From Phoronis australis (Eukaryota; Animalia; Phoronida), in NCBI GenBank assembly GCA_002633005.1, contig NMRA01000200.1, positions 406,527 through 470,526 on the forward strand: a stretch of DNA of 64,000 bases. Reading direction: 5' to 3'. The translations under genes and the position numbers were made by a program. The notes below the pieces were generated by a model. It had not been told where the DNA came from. It saw nothing but the letters and a program-made list of their open reading frames with translations, and searched no databases. This document shows positions 52,001 through 61,000 of the stretch, one piece after another (the stretch's first letter is position 1; each line of letters starts with the position of its first letter).

Positions 52001-55000
52001 ATGTTCATGTAATGTAAAGTCCATGATGAAAGTTTGCAGACATGTCCCTATCATGGATGGGATGGCATTAGCGAATTTTCGTATGGATATTACTACCGGT
52101 GTGCTCCCTAGTTGCAATTTTAGTTAGTTTGCCTCTGTTTCTTTGGAGTTCCTTAACGGATTTTCACAAAATTTGGCAGATAGGTATCTATTAGGGAGAC
52201 GATACCACCTACTAAGTTCCAGACATTAATTTTGTATTTGACTTACATTTCGCACCCTTTTTTATTGTTTTCGTGTCTGTTCTTTGTTGCCTACTTGCCT
52301 GCCCTCCAAGCTACTTGAAGAATTATGACATGTGGCAGGTGTGTTCCTATTGAGCATCGCTGACTTGCTTTTTATCCCCTAGAGGTTAATGTGATGGAAG
52401 GCGGAAATATACCAATGTTTCAGAACCTTGCAGTCATTCTTTCCAACTCCCATATAGGGACATCATGAGCCAATGCTCCATTGCTTGCATAAGTTTACTA
52501 ACATTGCTTCCTCTAGTGGGAATGTTAAAACAATGATCTTGCCTTGTATCTGCGCGCTATGCAATGCACATGGTGTGCACATATCAATACTCTGTGATGC
52601 TCTTGTTATTCTGGTTTATTCTCAAAGTTCAAGGCAACGTATCACTCCTGATTTATTGGAGTCTCTATTTTGGGCTGAAATCTCATGAAGCCAATTTTTG
52701 TCCAAAAATTATACATAATGATCCCGAACGTCTCCTTTTTCATGAAATTAGCTTACGCATATAGTATTTGATGTATGATTTACCAACTTTTTTGCTTCTC
52801 ACCGTTTATCTATTGCTTGTTGTGTTTCAAATCACTGATAGATCACATTCTATCGACTCTGAATCCAATCTTTGAACTCGGAACTATGTTTTTCTGCTGT
52901 TTCGTGTTCTACTTGACTATGAACTTTAAATTTAGATTCAAGCTGTCATAGTATACAGGTTAGATCACTGAGGTTGGTTATCGTGTGAGAGGTCCAGTTT
53001 CCAAGCTAAGTCACATTGGTCCTGTTAAACATTGTGTCTTCAGCTGCAGGTCTCTAGTCATACTTGCCATGGGTTAAGCATACTAGGTCACCATATTGAG
53101 CTGCAGTCTTTAAGACAGATCTGTTGCAGTAATATCATTGTTATACCTGTATGCTAGGAAGTCCTACTACAGTGATAACTACTGCCACTACTACTACTGC
53201 TACTACTAGTGCTGCTACTACAACTACTACGACCGCAGCGCCCCCTACCAGTTCGGCAGGTAAACAGGCCGTGTGTCACTACATGTCTTATGACTCCTAT
53301 CTAGGTATAGTTAAACTCGCTCTGTGTAGTCTTTCTATTTTCACCTGTAATATTTGTGTCGTCTTTAGGTAATAAGCATAGGGTCAGATAAACTGTGAAT
53401 TTGACTGAATGAACAGATGAGATAGAGAGAGTTGAGTGTTTATTTGTTATTCTCACATAATCATACAAAATTATAGATTTGCAAAGTAAAACATTTAAGC
53501 CACAATGTACAAAGCTGGTTCCCATAGTGATTGCTGTTTGCTTGGCGATTGATAAGACTAGGATCAGATATTGAGGTAGCGCAGCATTTGGTTGTTAGTT
53601 GTATATTCATGTAATTTTGTATTTTTATTAATTGTCTTGAAACTTAAACATTATTTTGGTGAGCTATGTTAAACAAAGTTTCAACTTAAACCACTTGTGT
53701 TAAATGTACAACAATATTCTCATTTCAGTAGCATTTTCATCACTGTTATAACTGTAGTTTTAGGACTGTGTTTTATTGATGTGTTTTTAACACTCTCAGG
53801 TATCTTTATTGATGTCTGTCTTAAGTTTTTCCTTTGAAGTGTAGCAGGCCAGTCTCATTAACTTAGTAACTATCTGATCTGTGTTGTTATCTTAGTTGTG
53901 TGTGTGTTCTCTCGTAGCCTTGTTACCACCAGGAGGTGCTAAAGGTAAGGAGTCATGTGACTTTTGTATTTCATTATTTTGTCTTCTTTACATTGCTTTA
54001 TAATGATGCATGTGCTGAAAGTCATAATGTTCAGTAAGAATTTATGGGCCGTTACGGTGAGTATTTCTCAATTTCATTTCAGGATATATGGTTTTTCAAT
54101 TTCATGACACGCTGCATCACATTTCCCGACCAGCAACTATGGATGTTTCTTGCCTGTTGGTATTACACTAGCCACTTTACCACGGTGCCTGCACTTTTAC
54201 GGTGGTCTTCTTTTGCTTAGGGATTAGGGAGCAGAAATGGGTGCCAGTAACACTTCGAAAAATCAGCACTTTTTATCCAAAATATATCGATTTATTTTAG
54301 CCCGTGGTTTATTGCCATGAAGTCATTGCTAGTGTGGTAATTGCTCTGCTCTGCAAATTCCCAATAAACAGGCTGTTGATGGTAGCGGTTCTTGTATAAA
54401 TGTATTGGCAAAGTGAAAGTTGCTGTGAAACCGAGTTTATAATTAGTTTATTTTGCATCTTTTTTACTTTTAACTTGGTGTTGGCTACTGTTGTCATACT
54501 TTTGTCAACAACCATTTTAAGTGTAAACTGTCATTTTACTGCTAGTTTTGTTACATAATTTGTTTGTCACATTTTTTGGGAAATATACTTTATCTTTCTT
54601 ATGTAAGAGAATGAGATTTATGTCATTAAACTAAAAATTAGGTTTCAATTGATTAAACCTCGGATTCTGCCATATCATGTATCATATTACTTACTGACAC
54701 GTTTCTTATAAAGCACTTTGTCTATGATGAAGTTTCCATTGCAGCCTGTGTCCCAGGAACATTTGGTCCAGATTGTGAGTTCACATGTGCCCATTGTGAA
54801 AATGGTGGGAGGTGTGCCCGTGACTTGAAGGGATGTGAATGTAGAGCTGGCTACACTGGATTTCTCTGCAATGAAACTTGCCCACAAGGTATGTAGTGAA
54901 AAGTTGAACTCTGCTTTGGCTAGATGTTCTCAAAATGATTTTTTACTAGTTATAAAAATAGTTATGGTTAGTATGCATTATAGTTCATGTAAATTACAAC

Positions 55001-58000
55001 ACCTGTTTTCAAATTTTTAAATGTTTTGTCCTGTCTCACTATATTTGTTACTTTATTCTCCTTTTGAAAAAAAAATTAAAGAAGTACCATCAAGCACAGA
55101 AATTCTTTCCTACTAAACAAAATTTAAACAGTTGATAAAATTCAACATTTTAATTTTAAGCCACAAGCCTTGTCATGTACTGTTGGACCTGTTCCCAGCA
55201 CCTGATAACATTGATTTATAACATGTGTTAAGGTACGTATGGTGATGGGTGCAACCAGTTCTGCACCTGTCAAAATGGTGGTAAATGTGAGCCTGAGACT
55301 GGAAAGTGTATTTGTCCGCCTGGTATCAAGGGAGATCAATGTGAGGATGGCTGCCCTCCTGGTGAGTACGCAATTCTTCCCTGTGCTTGTAGCTACAGTG
55401 TATCCACTTTTGATGCCGTTTGTAGTCTCGTTTAGTTAAACGTACATGATGTAATGCAGGATATTTCCTTGGTTTTTGAATTAAGTCTAGAGTAGAAATT
55501 TGATCAAGAGGCAAAAATTTTGAAAGACAACTCACTAGGCTCATGGAAATTGTGTTCCCATGACCGACACCCTACAACCTAACCTCTCCGAAAGCAGCTC
55601 AGGGTATTCCTGCAATTTACAGAAATAATTGTTACTTTTAGTGGTATGTAATGTACATTCCTGCTCCAGATCCATAATAGTTTTCAAAGTGAGAGCTTCA
55701 CTCTCATCCGCTAATTTTTACTAACTACATTCTGCAAAAGCAAATCTTGTGCACATGCAACTCAGTAAGCAAGGCAACACATCAATAGTGCATTACTATT
55801 TCTGTTTGAGACTGAAACGAATTCGGTACATCAGGTAAGACCATAAAATACTCATTTATTTAACAAATGTCATCAAGGTATCGATCGTGGGTATACTGTT
55901 CATAACATGGCAGAAAACTTAAGACATGATTCTGTCATATTTCTCAGCAAAAATAGATAAAATTCTACGTCACATATTTGTACAATGCAGTCGAATTATA
56001 ACCAGATTTGATAGTGTTTCGATTTGTTGGTAACATGGCAGTCAGCTTCGAACAATAAAAATGACAATTTTAGTAGTTAATTGTGTTTAAAATAATTACA
56101 GAGTAAGTGTAATTTGTGGGAGAAAGTGTTAGAGACAGGTATTTTGCTATTGTGTACTGTCACTACTCAGAGCAGTATGTTTGTCAAATTAAACAATTTA
56201 CTTGTCGAGGTGTGAGAGTTTAACAATTACGCGGATTGGGAAAATGTCCTCTGGCAATAAATGGCATCTGGCAAAGGAAATGTGTTTCGGAATGGTAGCG
56301 TGGTGGGTCTATTTATGGGCTGTATTCTCTTGTCATCAGTACTTGCTGTGATTTCACTCAGGAAGGAGGGTCATATTTTCATTCAACGTTGGTGATCAGA
56401 CGACATGTCCTTTTACTGGTTAAATCAAAGAATTGCGTAATAGTCTGCCAAGACAGTGTCAAACACCTTGAACTATAAATCATTTGTGTATCCAGAAACA
56501 ATTAATTTTATTATACTTTCTTTTCAAGACTTTGTACTATAATTGTGTTTGTAATAAACTCAACCTTAGATTGTTGTTGCAGGTTTCTATGGTAACCTTT
56601 GTGATCGTCGTTGTCCCAAGACATGCAGTAGTGGATACTGCAACCGTCTGTTTGGTTATTGCGAATGTGCCCCTGGTAAATTTGGACCATCGTGTAACCT
56701 GCGCTGCCCACCATTTACATTTGGTCCTAACTGTGTCAAACACTGCCAGTGTAACGAGGGCCAGTCATCTGGCTGTGACGTTCAGGTATTTATCCATGCC
56801 GGGGTGAGGGGTAGTACATTATTTATAATTAATCTTTTCCAATAATGGATATTTGACACAAATTGTTTTGGGGGTTACCATTGTAAAGTCCCACGTTGCA
56901 CTAATCAAGTCAAGTTGAAGAATTCACACTGGAATAAATCAAATTAGCAGTGGTGAATTTTTAGGTTATATCAATGATCAGTCCATACTTTATTGTGTAT
57001 TTTAATGAATGCTAACTCATTGTATTAAAGATCCAATACAAAGTGTTCCACCTCAAAACATGAACCAAAACTATGGTGCTCCATGATGCTTAAACATGGA
57101 CCTTTGGAACATTGTTTGCCTCTCAGTAATAAAATGTTGCTTCTTGAAAGTGTAATTTATAATAAAAAATAATTTATGTTTACCTAAGCCATGTATATTC
57201 AAAGTTAAAAACATCTAGAAAGTGGTTTTGAGAAGTTCTTATTATTTGCTACTATTCTAACAGAATGCTTTTTGGACAGCTTAATATGTTAATTAAAAAA
57301 ATTCTTCGAAATTTGCTTTTTCTTGACATTTTCTATCTTTTCATTTATCGTCATTGGCAGTTGTGTAGTTGTTTGATTTATAACTCATGTTTAACTTGTG
57401 AATTCCTCTGTTCCTTTATGACAATCTCCAGCAGGGCGTAAGTTGGTCTAGTATATAGTGCAACACCAGTCTACTTACTCTCTTCAGTTTTCACTGTTAC
57501 AATATTTCTAAGTGACTGAAATTTCGCTTTCCTTTAGTTAGGTATAAACAAATATAAAACAGTAGAACATATCTGTTGTGATAGAAGACGAGGAAATGTT
57601 GTTTTGAATAATGAGCTCTCGGCTGCTCTGGTCATCTTTAGTCCCCTGGTCCCCTGATGTTCACTTAGTATCTCAGGCTAACCAACCTAAGTGTTGTTTG
57701 CAAACTTCTCTTATATTCCTTAAACATTACAAATTACTATGTAACCCCTTTCCTTTTAGTTTTCTTTAAAGGAGGGATCGTTTTATTTCATTTCAATCTC
57801 ATTTTGGTTGAACTGTAACTTTGCTGTGTATTGTGTTGTCAGTAATGTTGATTTCAATTTGAAATGTTTGTGTTACCTTTGACATTTTTATCAAATGTTA
57901 TGAATTGACTCAAATAATTTTTTAAGCCTGGTATACAAAATGTTTCAACAACTTTGATATAATCTCAAAGTTATTCTGTTTCAATTTGTCAATTTCTAAT

Positions 58001-61000
58001 CTCCACATAAAGCTGCATTTTGCCCTGTCTTGTTGGCAGGCTAAAGCGCAAAAATCGAATGAGGCTTTTTATGTTCATAAAATCAAACTCATATTCTTTA
58101 CCGTGATAGAATTTTATTTCCTTTATCATCAAGAACGTTGAAACCATCACCGACTCAAGACAAAACACTTCAGCGACTCGAGAAAATTCTTCCGAGGTTA
58201 CTGGAGTTGACCAACCCTGCAATTATGAATTTGAAGTTGACGCATATATGAAGTGCCATCAAAAACATTCATTGCCTAGAGAAAATGCTTTGGAGGTTAC
58301 TGGAGTTGACCAACCCTGCAATCATGAATTTGAAGTTGACGCATGTATGAAGTGCCATCAAAAACATTCATTGCCTAGAGAAAATGCTTTGGAGGTTACT
58401 GGAGTTGACCAACCCTGCAATTATGAATTTGAAGTTGACGCATATATGAAGTGCCATCAAAAACATTCATTGCCTAGAGAAAATGCTTTGGAGGTTATTA
58501 CTGTTGGCCTGACCTAAAATTGCGAATTTGAAAATGGAGCATGTACTGAATGGTTGAGACTTGAGTTGGTAACAAAATTACAATTCTCTTATGGTAGGGA
58601 ATATTATGAGACTGATTTTATGAGAGGAAAAGCCAAATTTAATTTTTGTTTTTAGCCAGATAAACCAGGCAAAATGCAACTTTTTCTGTGTCTCAGAGTT
58701 TTATCTGTTCTTCTTGATTCAATTCTTGTTCAGCTTGAAATGACTGCAAATCTGTAATTCTTTTCTAACTATTAATATAAATTAATTAACTTATTACACT
58801 TTTCCCTCAATCAACTCAGCTACGACAGAGAAAATTGTTGGTTTCTTGCTTTGTGAATACCTGTAATTGAGAATTTTTCTAGCTTTACTTGCATTTTGAT
58901 ATAGATATTTTACACAGTTTCTCACCAAAAATGGCAGTATTCTGTATTATGCACAGGAATCATTTAACGATCGATTGGTTCTGCATTGTTTTCTAGACGG
59001 GTAAATGTGAGTGCAAGCCTGGATATACAGGTGAACAATGTGATGACCAATGTCCAGATGGGATGTATGGCGAAGGATGCCGTGGTGTATGTCGCTGCTC
59101 TCGTAACATGATCTGTGATCACGAGACGGGACAATGTCGTAGGAACTGTCCTGCTGGTTGGGTGGGAGAGCTGTGCGACAGGCGTAAGTACTGTGAAAGC
59201 TAGTAAAGGATAAACAGGGTGTGGTCTTGTGCATTGATGCAATTTAATAGCTACTTTGTCTTGAATACACAAGATCTACTGAGCTACTGAGCCTCATTGT
59301 ATTTCTGGTTTCACGTGGTTACCTAATCACTCTTTTGATGCTACTTTCATACAAATTTCTATTTATGCGCTGTGTTTGTTTACTGAGAACAGTAGTTTGT
59401 TCACATTTGTGTTGATTCTCTTGACAGCCTGTCAGCGTGGTTACTATGGTAAAAACTGTAGAGAGAGATGTGACTGCAGTGGTAGTACCTGTGAACCTGA
59501 AACTGGAAAGTGCATATGTGAGGCAGGTTACCATGGAGACCAGTGTAAAGAAGGTGAGTTCAGAGCAAACTTTTTGAAACAATGTTAAGTAAAAATGTGT
59601 TAATTTAACCCCATAAACACATTTAAAATTACTTTCTGTTGTGTGTGTTTTTCACAAGTTTTAATGTTTCATGTCTTTATATGTCATTGGTATGCCATGA
59701 ATTAAGTTAGTAGATAATTGCTTAATATATTTTTCTATGAAAAAATCTCTCCCACTTTTTTGCCACAAAAGCTGTTTCTGTCATTGTATGATTCTTAATG
59801 AATATTGTAGAGTGTGAACCTGGCACATGGGGCATCAACTGTAAGAACACATGTAGCTGTCTGCATGGTGGACAGTGTGACACAGTGACTGGCGAGTGTA
59901 TATGTAAACCTGGCTGGTTTGGACAAATGTGTGCTGAAGGTAGGTCTAACTGTCACGTGTTTATCAAGACTATTACTGTTTAATCACCGATAGAATGTTG
60001 GCCTTGGACGAAAGTCACTAATTTTTTGTTTTAATTATGCCGGTGTTCAGCCATAACATGCTCTTCTTGTTATGCTTCATCAAGTGCTGTCACTGTTTGC
60101 AACCATGGCTTTTAGTCAATCCTATTTTCAAATTATCATGATCTGATCTTATCTTTTTATTTATTTGTTTTGTTTTTTATTTTACTAATGGTCATTGTTC
60201 TGTAAACAGCATGATGTAAGAAGTGATATGGTAATGATAAGGATTATCATAAATATACCATTCACGTTATTCACTATGGTAGCATGGTGGTTATAATGTT
60301 TTGTTTTTCTTTTTAAGCTTGTCCATCAATGCGATATGGCCTTCAGTGTCTACAGAGATGTCTGTGTGAGAATGGTGCATCTTGCGACCCCATGGACGGG
60401 TCTTGTAACTGTACTGCTGGTTACCATGGGCAACTATGTGACAGAGGTAAGTCACTATATTTCGCTGCATTATACAGGTGTTGAAACAGTTCTTTAAATT
60501 TCTTAAGAAGACCACAAATGCTTCCTTTATGTACTATTATAACTATTTTATTGGATAACTAGCGCTAACGCGTGTATATTAAATAGCGGCTGTGCACATT
60601 AGAAAGGTCGGCAAAATTTATTTAATTACACAGGAAGGATGTTTACTACTCGGTCACGAACAACTAATCCCACCTTCTTTAACTCGGACATAAATTTCTG
60701 AACACCGCTGCCACCAAAATGTAGATAACTGTATCTTTGGTCTTTTAAAATATTAACTGAACTTAAACTTTCACAAAATCATATGACTCTCGACAAACTC
60801 ACCAAAAACGTTCTTTTTTAGAAAACAAGTGCATCGGGAGTGGGTCATTCTAATTATCTGGATATCTTTGGTCGCCCAAAAAGGGCAGGTGGCAATGATA
60901 TCCACCCAAATAGACTCAGGTGGAGTTTACTGCACAAAATTGTTTGTCAGTGTTAGCGAATGCATGTTTTTATTTCTCAAACTACCTTATGAGAGTTTCT

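Noticed and set aside
52383-52468. Good acceptor tttatcccctAG in the linker region
   Set aside because: The frame hits TGA with no credible donor.
30257-58497. Tandem arrays (45, 14, 106, 99 bp) as CRISPR-like arrays
   Set aside because: No unique spacers and a eukaryotic context; these are ordinary minisatellites.
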